Part shown: positions 17,985-27,073 of the stretch, one piece after another | Layout of the letters: each line of letters opens with the position of its first letter | Numbering within the stretch: position 1 is the stretch's first letter | Source: Candidatus Nitrospinota bacterium M3_3B_026 | GTDB taxonomy: Bacteria; Nitrospinota_A; UBA7883; JBPRGF01 | Length of the DNA: 64,000 nt | Direction of reading: 5' to 3' | Assembly: GCA_051418015.1 (NCBI GenBank) | Contig: JBPRGF010000017.1 | Span: 128,001-192,000, forward strand | Made by a program: the position numbers and the translations under genes | The notes under the pieces: model-generated | The model's database searches: none | What the model was told of the DNA's origin: nothing | The model's input: the letters and a program-made list of their open reading frames with translations, nothing else

Positions 17985-18703
17985 AGGACCTGCTTAAGAA
18001 TGTGGAGGCTCTCGATCCCATGCCGGAGACATTCACGAAAAGGATCGAGCCGCTGACGTCGTCGATGCTGGAGGACCACGCGCGGTTCGCCGTGGAGGAG
18101 TACTGGTGCGGGCATGACAGCGTGAACGTCTTCGACGTGGCCGGAACCGGCCATCCCGGCTGCCAGGGGATGACGTGGCTCGAGTTTCTGAGAAACGGCA
18201 AGAGGATGAGCGTCAACCTGCGGCTGGCCGGGACCAACCCCGGCTACTACTTCTCCCAGGAGTTGAAGAACCCGAGGATGTACTACATCCGTCTCGACGG
18301 GAAACTGTATGTTGGCGGCGACGGGAACCACCGGACCTGCATCGCCCGGGCGATGTTCCACCTGCTCCCGGACGGCGAATGGAGGACGAACATCCACGGC
18401 GTGGACGTCCGGGAGTACAGGACGGACCGGGCGTTCAGGATCGTTTGCGAAGACCTGGCCGCCGCCCTCGAGGCGAAGGAGCTGCGCCACGTCCACGTGA
18501 CGCCCATCCGGGAGGCGGTTCGCCGCGAGGACGCCCCCGGCTGGCACAGGGAGTACTACGGCCTGACGCTTCAAGTGGAGAACAGGAGAACTTCGGAACG
18601 GGTCAGGCTGGACATGGACCGGGCCCTCGATCTGCTCGGCGACGTCAGGGCTCATTCCTGGACGCGAAAGTTCTTCGGCGGGCCGGGGATATTGAAAGGA
18701 TAG
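17981..18703 (+). CDS. ParB/Srx-like domain protein
   Basis: YYIRLDGKLYVGGDGNHRTCIA (DGxHR). Confidence 0.5.
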   Translation: MKDLLKNVEALDPMPETFTKRIEPLTSSMLEDHARFAVEEYWCGHDSVNVFDVAGTGHPGCQGMTWLEFLRNGKRMSVNLRLAGTNPGYYFSQELKNPRMYYIRLDGKLYVGGDGNHRTCIARAMFHLLPDGEWRTNIHGVDVREYRTDRAFRIVCEDLAAALEAKELRHVHVTPIREAVRREDAPGWHREYYGLTLQVENRRTSERVRLDMDRALDLLGDVRAHSWTRKFFGGPGILKG

Positions 18704-18707
18704 AACG

Positions 18708-20111
18708 ATGGCGAAGAGATGTTTCACGGGAACGGTTATAACGGCCCTTCTGCTCGCGGCAATCCTTTCCCCGCCCGCCCGGGCCGGGGAGTGGATCGAC
18801 GACTGGCTCGACCAGAAGACCTCGACGGACATGGGCTATTACGAGGGCCAGCGGCGCGGGTACTGGACCGCCGGGTCCTTCTCGGCCCGGTGGCGCGACA
18901 ACACCGACTACCCGGCCACGCTGGAGCCGCCAAGGGTCTCGGCGGGGTGCGGCGGGATCGACGTGATGACCGGCTCCTTCTCCATGCTGTCCGACTCGGA
19001 TTACCTGATGGACAAGGGCAGGAGCATCATCGAGAGCGGCGTCGCCTACTACGCCTACGACATCGCCCTGGACACGCTGTGCCCCCAGTGCGCCAAGGCG
19101 ATGAAGTCCCTGGAGTCGATCTCCGACATGCTCAACCAGTTGCAGTTCAACGACTGCCAGGCGGCCAGGGTGCTTGTGGCGAAGATGGCCGGCAAGGAGG
19201 ACGACCCGAAGTACAGAGCCTCCGTGGACAGTTATGAAGCGATGAAAGAGGACGTCTCGGACTCATGGTACGGCGTCAGGGAGAGCTGGACGGAATCCGG
19301 CGGCGAGCCGGTCACCCGCGATTCGGACAGGGCCTCCGACTGCGCCGGGGTGTTGAGCGATCTGTTCGGCCCCGCGACGGACACGTCCGTCCTCGAGGTC
19401 ATCAGGCAAGAGTCCGGCTACCCCAGGGAATGGATGGACCTCGCCCGCGGGCTGGTGGGGGACGTCATCCTGAAACGCGACCCCCGGCCGGAGGGAGGTC
19501 ACGACGTCGTCCCGGCGTATATAGAGCCCTGCTCCTGGAACATGGGGGGAGGCTCCGCCGCCGTCCTGCTGGCCGGGGACGCCCAGGCGCGCCCGGCGGA
19601 CGGGGGCGAATGCCGCCCCGTATCAGCCGCCGCCGGCGGCCTCAACGAATGGGCGTATGACAGGATAGACGAGATCATCGGCGCCCTGGAATCCGGCTCC
19701 GAGCCGGGCCTGGAGCAGAAACAGTTCCTGAACTCTTTCCCGATGCCGGTCTACCCGGTCATCAAGGCCGCCCTGTCCAGCGGCCAGGTGAGCGACAGTG
19801 AGGTCAACTCCCTGAAGCTGCTGCTGGCCGGCGCCGCCGCGAGGGTCCACGCCCTGAAGATGATGGACGACCTCTACCGGTTCGCCGGCGGCGGGGTCAT
19901 GAGGGCGGAGAGCTCCATCAGGCGGCGCGCCCCCTCGTGCGCCAACGCCGGGGACCTCGTCCAGGCCGTCCTGCGGGAGATGGAAATTCTCCAGCGCCGT
20001 CTGGACGAGGCGAAAGACGGCATAAGGAAAGAGTACGAGATCACGCTGAAAGAGTACCACTACACCATGAGGACCGCGGAATGGCTTCGAGGCGCGGCGG
20101 CGGGAGACTGA
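18708..20111 (+). CDS. traH: TraH
   Basis: QRRGYWTAGS, PRVSAGCGGID, LDTLCPQC. Confidence 0.9.
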   Translation: MAKRCFTGTVITALLLAAILSPPARAGEWIDDWLDQKTSTDMGYYEGQRRGYWTAGSFSARWRDNTDYPATLEPPRVSAGCGGIDVMTGSFSMLSDSDYLMDKGRSIIESGVAYYAYDIALDTLCPQCAKAMKSLESISDMLNQLQFNDCQAARVLVAKMAGKEDDPKYRASVDSYEAMKEDVSDSWYGVRESWTESGGEPVTRDSDRASDCAGVLSDLFGPATDTSVLEVIRQESGYPREWMDLARGLVGDVILKRDPRPEGGHDVVPAYIEPCSWNMGGGSAAVLLAGDAQARPADGGECRPVSAAAGGLNEWAYDRIDEIIGALESGSEPGLEQKQFLNSFPMPVYPVIKAALSSGQVSDSEVNSLKLLLAGAAARVHALKMMDDLYRFAGGGVMRAESSIRRRAPSCANAGDLVQAVLREMEILQRRLDEAKDGIRKEYEITLKEYHYTMRTAEWLRGAAAGD

Positions 20112-20115
20112 AACC

Positions 20116-23064
20116 ATGAATAAACCGGGCATGAAAACGAAACTGACGACGGCGTCCGTGACCGCGTCCGTAGCGGCGTTCCCCTCCACGGCGGCCGCCG
20201 CCGACTGGGAGTTTCACACCTACGGCGGGTTCGTCCCGGTCACGGACGCGCTGCGCCACGTCGCCCTGGTCTTCTCCGACCCGGGCTACCAGGGGATATT
20301 CTTCTCCATAGCCGTCCTGGGGATGGTCGTTCTGTGGATCGGCGCGATGCTCAAGGCCGGCCAGGCCGGCAAACCCGGAGGACTCGTGGCCGGCTGGGGG
20401 ATTTGGACCGCCTTTGGCCTGGGCCTCTACCTGGCTTTCGTCGTCCCCAAGAGCGACGTGATGGTCTACGACACGGTCAAGAACCGCCAGGAGGTGATAT
20501 CCGGCGTCCCGTCGGGGCTGGCCGCCGTCCTCGGAACGCTCAACCTGGTCGAACGGGCGATCGTCGAGATCGTCGACACCGCCGGGTTCGTCCCCGCCGG
20601 GATGGAGTACTCCGTCCAGGCCGGGGGCGTCGGGTTCGACCTGCTGCTCGGCCTGGGCCGGGAAGGCGTGGTCATCGACGACGTCTACGTCCGCAAATCA
20701 CTCGACCGCTACGTCGACGACTGTTTCGAATGGGGCGTGGACAACCAGGGCCTGGCCAGAAGCGGGTACGGGGCCATCTCCATCAACGACGTCATCAGGA
20801 CGCCGGACCTGATGGAGCAGCTCGCGAAGGCCGATTACCCGGGGATATCCACCCTCTACTACGACGACCTCTATCCCGCCGGGGAGACGACCTACTGCCG
20901 CGATTCATGGGCGCGGCTGCGGGCGATCATGTCGAGCCGGGCGGTGTGGGACGCCCCGTTAAGGTCGCTTTGCGCCCGGAGCGGGTTCGACCCGTCCATC
21001 CCCGCGGAGTTTTCAAGGTGCCGCGAAGCCGTACAGAGCGGGAGCGGGTTCGTCGCCGGCGGGACGGGGCTGGCCGCCGAGAACCTGGTCCGCCAGACGT
21101 TCCTCGCCGGGGCCGTGGACCACGTCGTCCGGACATACAGTCCCGACGACGCCATCCGCGCCCTGGCGTCCAAGGACATCGGCATGAAGATGACATCCGC
21201 CTTCGTCTCCGCCAGCGAGTGGCTCCCGGTCATGAGGACCACCATCACAGCCATCGTGATCGCCCTGGCGCCCGTGCTGGCGCTGCTGATCCCCACGGGG
21301 CTGGCGGGGCGCGCCGCGGGGATGCTGTTCGGGTTCTTCTTCTGGCTCACCGCCTGGGGAGTAGGCGACGCCATAGCCCATTCCTTCGCCGTCCAGAGCG
21401 CCCTCCACGCCTTCGAGGAGGTCCAGCGCTGGGGGCTGGGGTACCGCTCCATCATGTTCTTCGAGACCGACGCGCTCAAGACCATGGCCATGTTCGGCAA
21501 GATGCGCGTCATGTCCGCCATGCTCGCCACCGTCACCACCATGGCCGTCCTCAGGTTCGGAGGCCACGCCATGGCCATGTTCGCGGGGTCCATCTCCGGC
21601 GACGTCTTCGCCGGGGCCGGCAGGGCCGACGACGCCGTCACCCCCGAAGGCGCCGCCAGGATGCGCGGCCAGGCGGCGGAAAGCGCCGGGAAGCTGTCGT
21701 CCTGGGAAAAAATCGCGAAAGAGGAGGGGATACCCGAGGAACTCACGCGCGTCGACCCGCAGACCAGGTTCGACTACCGGGCGGAGGCAGCGGAATACGG
21801 CGAGGCGGAGAGGCTCGGCTACGCGGACGAACGGATCGGCCAGGCAGGCGGCGATCCCGGCGCCGCGGCGGAGCGGGACGCCGAGGCGCGGTCCAAGGGA
21901 ATGGAGGAGAAGGCCGGGCGCTCCGATATGATGAGCCACGAGCAGGCGCAGGAGGCCGGCCAGGCCGAAGGCGCGAAGGCCAGGGCCGCGTCCGACCTGC
22001 TGAGAATGCAGGCGGGCATCGAACCCGGGACGTCCACGTTCGACGCCAAAATGAAGCTGGCCAAGGCCGGCAGGGAAATGGGATGGAGCGGCGTCAGCCT
22101 GACCGGCGCGGCGAGGTTCGGGGACAAGTATCTGGAAGGCAGGTTCTCCAAGGCTTTCGGCCCGGACGGGCGTCCCCTCGTCTCGGCGTTCACCGGTGTC
22201 GCCGGGAAGGAGGATCTGGCCCGGCTCGCCGACTGGCAGGCGTCCGAAGGCCATGAGAACGCCGCCGACAAACTGCGGGCGATGAGCGAGGAGCTGAATC
22301 CCGGCGACCAGGTCGAGATCAAGGCCACCGGCGACGGAGCCGGAGGCTGGGCCACCTTCGAGGCCAGGCACGGCGGCGAGGTCAAACGCTTCGACCTCGC
22401 CCAGGACAGGGACCTGACGCAGAGCATCAGCGGCAGCGAGGAGATCGTGAAGGACACGAAGCTCGTCGACACCACCGTGACCGACAGGGGCGGCGTGGAA
22501 TGGAGCAACCTTTTCCAGCGGGCCGGCGCTGGGGACGCGGGGATGTACGGCCATATCACCGGCGCAAAAGGCGCCGCACGGGCCGCTATGGCGTGGGACT
22601 TCGCGGACCGGCTGGCCAACGCAATGCCGGTCAATTGGAAAGGAGTGGATGCCGAACAATGGAATGCAAAAGTAAGCGGGTCCGCACGGGCGGGCCTCGA
22701 AATCCTTGGTTCCGGCGGCGGTGTGGGCTTCGAGGGCGGAGCGATGATTGAAAGCAGAATGCAACAAACCTCCAACGTGGGCACGCGCGCCCTGTACAAC
22801 ACGCTGGCCGGGGCCTACGCCGAGGCGGGGGAGCAGGGATTAAGCCCCGAGGATACCAACCGTTACGTAGCGGACAGGGTACAGGACTGGAGACAAGGCG
22901 TCCTCGACGAGTTCCAGAGCGAAGGCTACGGACCGAGCGACACTCTCAGGAAGAACGTAATAGACCCCGCCACAGACAAGATCAACAACATGCTGGATGG
23001 CAAAGAGAGCAAAAGGTCGGAATACAACATGGACGGAAACGATATGACCGATGTGATGGACTAG
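20116..23064 (+). CDS. traG: TraG (F-type)
   Basis: Multi-TM N-terminal domain plus long hydrophilic C-terminus, directly after traH. Confidence 0.85.
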   Translation: MNKPGMKTKLTTASVTASVAAFPSTAAAADWEFHTYGGFVPVTDALRHVALVFSDPGYQGIFFSIAVLGMVVLWIGAMLKAGQAGKPGGLVAGWGIWTAFGLGLYLAFVVPKSDVMVYDTVKNRQEVISGVPSGLAAVLGTLNLVERAIVEIVDTAGFVPAGMEYSVQAGGVGFDLLLGLGREGVVIDDVYVRKSLDRYVDDCFEWGVDNQGLARSGYGAISINDVIRTPDLMEQLAKADYPGISTLYYDDLYPAGETTYCRDSWARLRAIMSSRAVWDAPLRSLCARSGFDPSIPAEFSRCREAVQSGSGFVAGGTGLAAENLVRQTFLAGAVDHVVRTYSPDDAIRALASKDIGMKMTSAFVSASEWLPVMRTTITAIVIALAPVLALLIPTGLAGRAAGMLFGFFFWLTAWGVGDAIAHSFAVQSALHAFEEVQRWGLGYRSIMFFETDALKTMAMFGKMRVMSAMLATVTTMAVLRFGGHAMAMFAGSISGDVFAGAGRADDAVTPEGAARMRGQAAESAGKLSSWEKIAKEEGIPEELTRVDPQTRFDYRAEAAEYGEAERLGYADERIGQAGGDPGAAAERDAEARSKGMEEKAGRSDMMSHEQAQEAGQAEGAKARAASDLLRMQAGIEPGTSTFDAKMKLAKAGREMGWSGVSLTGAARFGDKYLEGRFSKAFGPDGRPLVSAFTGVAGKEDLARLADWQASEGHENAADKLRAMSEELNPGDQVEIKATGDGAGGWATFEARHGGEVKRFDLAQDRDLTQSISGSEEIVKDTKLVDTTVTDRGGVEWSNLFQRAGAGDAGMYGHITGAKGAARAAMAWDFADRLANAMPVNWKGVDAEQWNAKVSGSARAGLEILGSGGGVGFEGGAMIESRMQQTSNVGTRALYNTLAGAYAEAGEQGLSPEDTNRYVADRVQDWRQGVLDEFQSEGYGPSDTLRKNVIDPATDKINNMLDGKESKRSEYNMDGNDMTDVMD

Positions 23065-23079
23065 AGACTTCGCGGACGG

Positions 23080-23415
23080 CTACTTTTTGAATCCGTACAT
23101 ATCATCATAAGGACTGACACCACCAGCCCCCATAGCCATTTCATCACTTATGCGCTTGGCAGGATCATCTTTCCAGTGCCGATCATCGAACACCCCTCTC
23201 CGCTTCACCTCTTCGGCGGTCATCAGGCGGCCGTAGATGGCGCCAAGGATAAGGAAGCCGCCGATAAACGCGAGGATGGCGGCGGTGACAAAGGGGTTGG
23301 GACCGTAGCGGGGCGGGAGGGCGAACAGGACGGCCAGGGAAATCAGGCACAGTCCGGCCAGAAGGACCACGCCCCTGACGAACTTCCCGCCGTTCTTCTT
23401 CGCTACGTTCTTCAT
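23080..23415 (-). CDS. Small 2-TM protein convergent with traG; putative entry exclusion (Eex-like)
   Basis: Two TM helices; position analogous to eex of SXT/IncC (inference). Confidence 0.5.
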   Translation of the reverse strand: MKNVAKKNGGKFVRGVVLLAGLCLISLAVLFALPPRYGPNPFVTAAILAFIGGFLILGAIYGRLMTAEEVKRRGVFDDRHWKDDPAKRISDEMAMGAGGVSPYDDMYGFKK

Positions 23416-23529
23416 AGTTCCAAATCCTCTTTCATCGTCCCGTTCCACGGGTTAGTATTATATTTACTCCCATGACGGGAGGTTGTCAAGGGTTTGAGGG
23501 GAAGGAGTATCGGAAGGAGGATAGCGGAA

Positions 23530-24096
23530 ATGAAAGGAGTCTCGGAAACATTCAAGAAAGCAGCGCGTTTGTCGATCCTATTCGCGGTTGCCGCGATGAC
23601 ATCTTGCGGCGGCGGGGGTGGAGATTCGAAAGGAGGATATCCTATATCGCTTAACGAATTCACCGTAACCCCCACTACCATAAACTCAAACTCCGCCTTT
23701 ACCGTCACTTGGGACGTGGATTACAGCCGCCCGGACATAGACCCCGGCTATATCCAGAGTGGCTACTGGTACAGTTTCTCTCTCTATGTAAATGATGAGC
23801 CCTCACCTCCGTCGATCCAACCCATTCACAACTGGTTATGCGGCGATATTCCCACCCTTCCGTTTCCGGGAAGTCCGGTGGTCACTGAGCACTACGATTG
23901 CGAGAGAAAACCTCAGGGCGAATGCGAATTCAAGTACGGTCTAGAACCCTATTTCAGTTGCGAAGGCGCAGGCGGCGGCTTTATCTACTACGGGACAGGA
24001 CAGGCGTATCTAATCGGCAAAGCGTGTGTGGAACCACAGGAGGCGTGGGGCAAAATCTGCGAAACGAAGGCCGTGCAAGTGGAGTTGGTAAGGTAA
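23530..24096 (+). CDS. Lipoprotein, possibly surface exclusion
   Basis: Lipobox AMTSC then GGGGG; ggaaggagg RBS; lower GC. Confidence 0.6.
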   Translation: MKGVSETFKKAARLSILFAVAAMTSCGGGGGDSKGGYPISLNEFTVTPTTINSNSAFTVTWDVDYSRPDIDPGYIQSGYWYSFSLYVNDEPSPPSIQPIHNWLCGDIPTLPFPGSPVVTEHYDCERKPQGECEFKYGLEPYFSCEGAGGGFIYYGTGQAYLIGKACVEPQEAWGKICETKAVQVELVR

Positions 24097-24401
24097 ACGC
24101 CGACCTCATTAATCCGACACAGATATACGGCGAAAATCACGGCGGTGTCAACAAGGGGTTTTATAGACGAAATCGCCTTACGCGCCCTGAGAACGCCTGT
24201 GAGGCGAAGTATCCCTGGACGCCCCCCCCTTTCCCCGGGCAGGGAAGGCAGGCAGGCCCCGCCTGGGCGGCTCGTGGCGCCCGAAACGCCTTAATGCGGC
24301 GTCAATCGCCCTTGCCCCCCCTCCACGCCGCCCGAAAAACGCCTCCTGGGCGATTTCCGGCGCTCTCTGACGATATTTTTTATCCGGGAGCGAAAAAATA
24401 C

Positions 24402-24429
24402 TTGCGCCCCACGGGAAATCGTGTATACT
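24402..24429 (+). promoter_or_regulatory. Sigma70-like promoter upstream of structured element copy 1
   Basis: TTGCGC-16-TATACT. Confidence 0.55.
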
Positions 24430-24438
24430 GTGACCATA

Positions 24439-24751
24439 ATTTTCCGCTTCTTCGTGAAGCACTCCCTTCGGGGACCTAAAGGACCTGGGTTTTAGCCCCA
24501 AGCCCTTCTAAACAGCGGACCGGCGGGTCCGTCATCGGCGCGGCGTTTCAGGCCGCGAATCAATCCATACGATCTTCGTGCGCGCTTTCTCGCCCGATGG
24601 GCGGTCTCAAGCGTCCGCGGAGTTCGCTGGATAATAACGTCTATTGGCCCACAGGGGGCCGCAATCTCTAACTTGCGAGGCCCCCCGTGGGAGGACCGTC
24701 TTCCTCCTTCACGGGAGGGCCTCGCGCCTTTTTGAAGAAGGAGGAAGAATC
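24439..24751 (+). ncRNA. Structured leader element, full copy 1
   Basis: ~310-nt direct repeat of 26219-26528 with compensatory changes; ends in an SD-sequestering hairpin. Confidence 0.65.
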
Positions 24752-25204
24752 ATGGAAACGAAGAAAGTCGTCATCACGGAGTCCGAGCTGCGCGACACCC
24801 TGGCCGAGCTGGCCGACGAGCTGATCGAGCAGGCCATGGAACGCCTGCTCCAGATGGGCGCCGCCAGCGCGCCGGAGGAGATCGTCGAGTCCCTGGACTC
24901 GAACGAGTCCGGTGAGACCGGGACCTCCGAGCCGGCCGAAAAGCCGTCCAGTTCCAACGGGAACGACGGCGGCGAGTCGTCCGGTACGCGCGGCTACATC
25001 AAGGCCGTCAGGACCGACGGGTCGGCGTTCCGCATTCGGGAGGACTGGTTCAACGTGAACCAGCACACCCGGCTGGAGGCCGATCTGGTCAAGGGCGGGT
25101 TCGTGAAGGTGCTCTACAAGGAGCGCCAGACCGACGAGGGCGGTACCATCAGGTACGCCAACGCGGTTTACGAGTCCCAGCCCAGGGAGACGGCCGCCGC
25201 GTGA
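24752..25204 (+). CDS. Hypothetical acidic protein
   Basis: aaggagg RBS and ATG at end of repeat. Confidence 0.7.
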   Translation: METKKVVITESELRDTLAELADELIEQAMERLLQMGAASAPEEIVESLDSNESGETGTSEPAEKPSSSNGNDGGESSGTRGYIKAVRTDGSAFRIREDWFNVNQHTRLEADLVKGGFVKVLYKERQTDEGGTIRYANAVYESQPRETAAA

Positions 25205-25362
25205 CGGCAGGGTCAGAAAAAGCGGACCGCGGGCGCTCATAAGAGCGTTCCGCGGCCGCTCCCGATTCCCCCGGATCGCCGGGAAATCGTTGTCAACAAC
25301 GGTACCGGCGTGATGGGGGAGTCCTGCCCCCTCTCCGCCGGTCCATATGGAGGAGAGGAACG

Positions 25363-25530
25363 ATGAAGAAATACAGAATAGAGTCTTACGTATTCTGGAA
25401 AGGTCTCGTGCTCGCGCTGCTGACGGTCGAGCACGGGATAGAGCTCGGCGGGGAGTGGAACCTGCTCCTCGCGAACCTGTACCGCAGGGGCCATGAGCCT
25501 GAGAAGGCCGCGGCCCTGATCGCGGGTTAG
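25363..25530 (+). CDS. 55-aa hypothetical protein (below ORF-track cutoff)
   Basis: ggaggagagg RBS; MKKYRIESYVFWKGLVLALL...AAALIAG*. Confidence 0.55.
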   Translation: MKKYRIESYVFWKGLVLALLTVEHGIELGGEWNLLLANLYRRGHEPEKAAALIAG

Positions 25531-25592
25531 GACGCGCCTTCCCGGGGACGGCATCCCGCCGTCTCCGGGAGTCGTGTCATACGTCATCATGC

Positions 25593-25689
25593 CCCACGGG
25601 GCGCAATCTCAACTTGCGAAGCCCCTGTGGGACGATCCCATCCCTTTCGTGACGGGGGTTTCGCGCCTTCTCGAGGGAGGGATCGAGCC
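25593..25689 (+). repeat. Partial structured element (hairpin A + SD hairpin), copy 3
   Basis: cccacggggcgcaatctcaacttgcgaagcccctgtggg, then cgatccc...gggatcg hairpin over the RBS. Confidence 0.65.
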
Positions 25690-25830
25690 ATGAGACCGAC
25701 GATGAAGGACACGGCAAGACACTATCTGAACCCGCTCCACGTTTTCTGCCGCCTGACGCCGATTCTCGGCCGGCGGGCGGCCGGGAGACTTGCGAGGTTC
25801 TATCAAAGAACCTTCTGGGGTGTGGTATAA
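25690..25830 (+). CDS. 46-aa hypothetical protein
   Basis: gggaggga RBS; HYLNPLHVFCRL. Confidence 0.5.
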   Translation: MRPTMKDTARHYLNPLHVFCRLTPILGRRAAGRLARFYQRTFWGVV

Positions 25831-25845
25831 ATAGGGAGAAAGGAT

Positions 25846-26097
25846 ATGAGCATGGTTTTCGATACTTTGGCTTACGCCAAGGAGTTGAAGGAGGCCGGCG
25901 TTCCCGAGGCGCAGGCGGAAGTACAGGCCCGCGCCCTCGTGAGGTTCGCCGAAGAGCAGGTCGCAACCAAGAGCGACATGAAGGAGATGGAGTACCGGCT
26001 CAAAGCCGAGCTTATCAAGTGGATGGTGGGGTTGACCCTGGGTCAACTAACCATCATGATAGCCGGCTTCGGCCTGGTTATTTCGATGATAAGGTGA
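25846..26097 (+). CDS. DUF1640/CCDC90-like protein
   Basis: FDTLAYAKELKEAGVPEAQAE, VATKSD, LIKWMVG plus C-terminal TM. Confidence 0.8.
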   Translation: MSMVFDTLAYAKELKEAGVPEAQAEVQARALVRFAEEQVATKSDMKEMEYRLKAELIKWMVGLTLGQLTIMIAGFGLVISMIR

Positions 26098-26121
26098 CTC
26101 CGGCCCGGCCGGAGGACGGAC

Positions 26122-26171
26122 AAGGCGATATCCGGCGCTCCCCACGGGGGCGCGGGGTGTCGCCTTTTTTT
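26122..26171 (+). terminator. Intrinsic terminator
   Basis: aaggcgatatcc...ggtgtcgcc stem followed by T7. Confidence 0.7.
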
Positions 26172-26172
26172 G

Positions 26173-26202
26173 TTGCCCGGCGGCCCGGGGCCCGGGTATA
26201 AT
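26173..26202 (+). promoter_or_regulatory. Sigma70-like promoter upstream of structured element copy 2
   Basis: TTGCCC-18-TATAAT. Confidence 0.6.
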
Positions 26203-26218
26203 CCAGTCATAGTTTTTC

Positions 26219-26528
26219 ATTTTCCGCTCCTCGTGAGCACTCCCCGCAAGGGGACCTAAAGGACCTGGGTTTTAGCCCCGGGCCCTTCTGAACAGCGGAC
26301 CGGCGGGTCCGCGAGCGCGCGCCATTCCGGCGCGAACATATCCACACAACCTCCGTGCGCGCTTTCTCGCCCAACGGGCGGTCTCAAGCGTCAGCGGAGT
26401 TCGCTGGATAAAAACGTCTTTTGGCCCACAGGGGGCCGCAATCCCTAACTTGCGAGGCCCCCCGTGGGAGGACCGTCTTCCTCCTTCACGGGAGGGCCTC
26501 GCGCCTTTTTGAAGAAGGAGGAAGAGTC
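26219..26528 (+). ncRNA. Structured leader element, full copy 2
   Basis: Direct repeat of 24439-24751 with covarying stems. Confidence 0.65.
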
Positions 26529-26969
26529 ATGAGCGAAAAGTATCCAGGAGAGTTCTTCGGTGGCGTCATCCACAGCTACACCCGCGCCCAGGCGATAGCC
26601 GACGGCGTGTTGGTGGACGTCACCGAAATGGCGAAGGAAGCCGGCTTCCGCTGGCCCGTGGCCATAACCCGAACGGCCTGGGAAGACTGCGTGGCGTGGT
26701 CCGAAGAGGACTGCGAACGTCAGGTTCACCAGGACGAGTCCGGGAGGACCTGGGACGTCTTGTACATGGCGATCCACGCCATGCGCCTCGCCGTGAGCAA
26801 CGCTCGCAGGGGCGTGCCGCAAGACCCGTCCCTGCTGTTCTACGAGCTGGACCGAGTCCCGCGTGACGGAAAAAGCGTCCGTCCACGAAAGGCGCGGCTG
26901 AAGCTCGTGGCCGGGCCGGGTGACAACGGCGAACCGGTGATAACGATAATGTTGCCGAACGAAGACTAA
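26529..26969 (+). CDS. DUF6573-like plasmid/ICE protein
   Basis: IHSYTRAQAIADGVLVDV, AGFRWPVA.T, QDESGR.WDVL, GPGD.GEPVITIMLP.ED. Confidence 0.75.
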   Translation: MSEKYPGEFFGGVIHSYTRAQAIADGVLVDVTEMAKEAGFRWPVAITRTAWEDCVAWSEEDCERQVHQDESGRTWDVLYMAIHAMRLAVSNARRGVPQDPSLLFYELDRVPRDGKSVRPRKARLKLVAGPGDNGEPVITIMLPNED

Positions 26970-26971
26970 GA

Positions 26972-27073
26972 CGCCCCGCTCGGGGCCGTAACGCTAACCA
27001 TGCGCGGCCCCGTGAGGGCGAAAAGTCCCTCTCCTGATGGAGGGCCGCGCGCCTATCCAGAAGGAGAAGGACG
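26972..27073 (+). repeat. Partial structured element (hairpin A + SD hairpin), copy 4
   Basis: ggggccgtaacgctaaccatgcgcggcccc, then gtccctctcct..ggagggccgcgcgcct..aggagaaggac. Confidence 0.6.

Noticed and set aside
24100..24400. oriT call
   Set aside because: Inverted repeats present but no nic motif I can recognise; gene orientation may place oriT elsewhere
24595..24640. Twister-ribozyme-like words (cggtctcaagc...ggataa)
   Set aside because: Could not build the pseudoknots by eye; needs a CM search
24644..24751. Near-identical 36-aa N-termini of ORFs 24644 and 26421
   Set aside because: Artefact of TTG starts inside the non-coding repeat; strong SDs mark ATGs at 24752 and 26529
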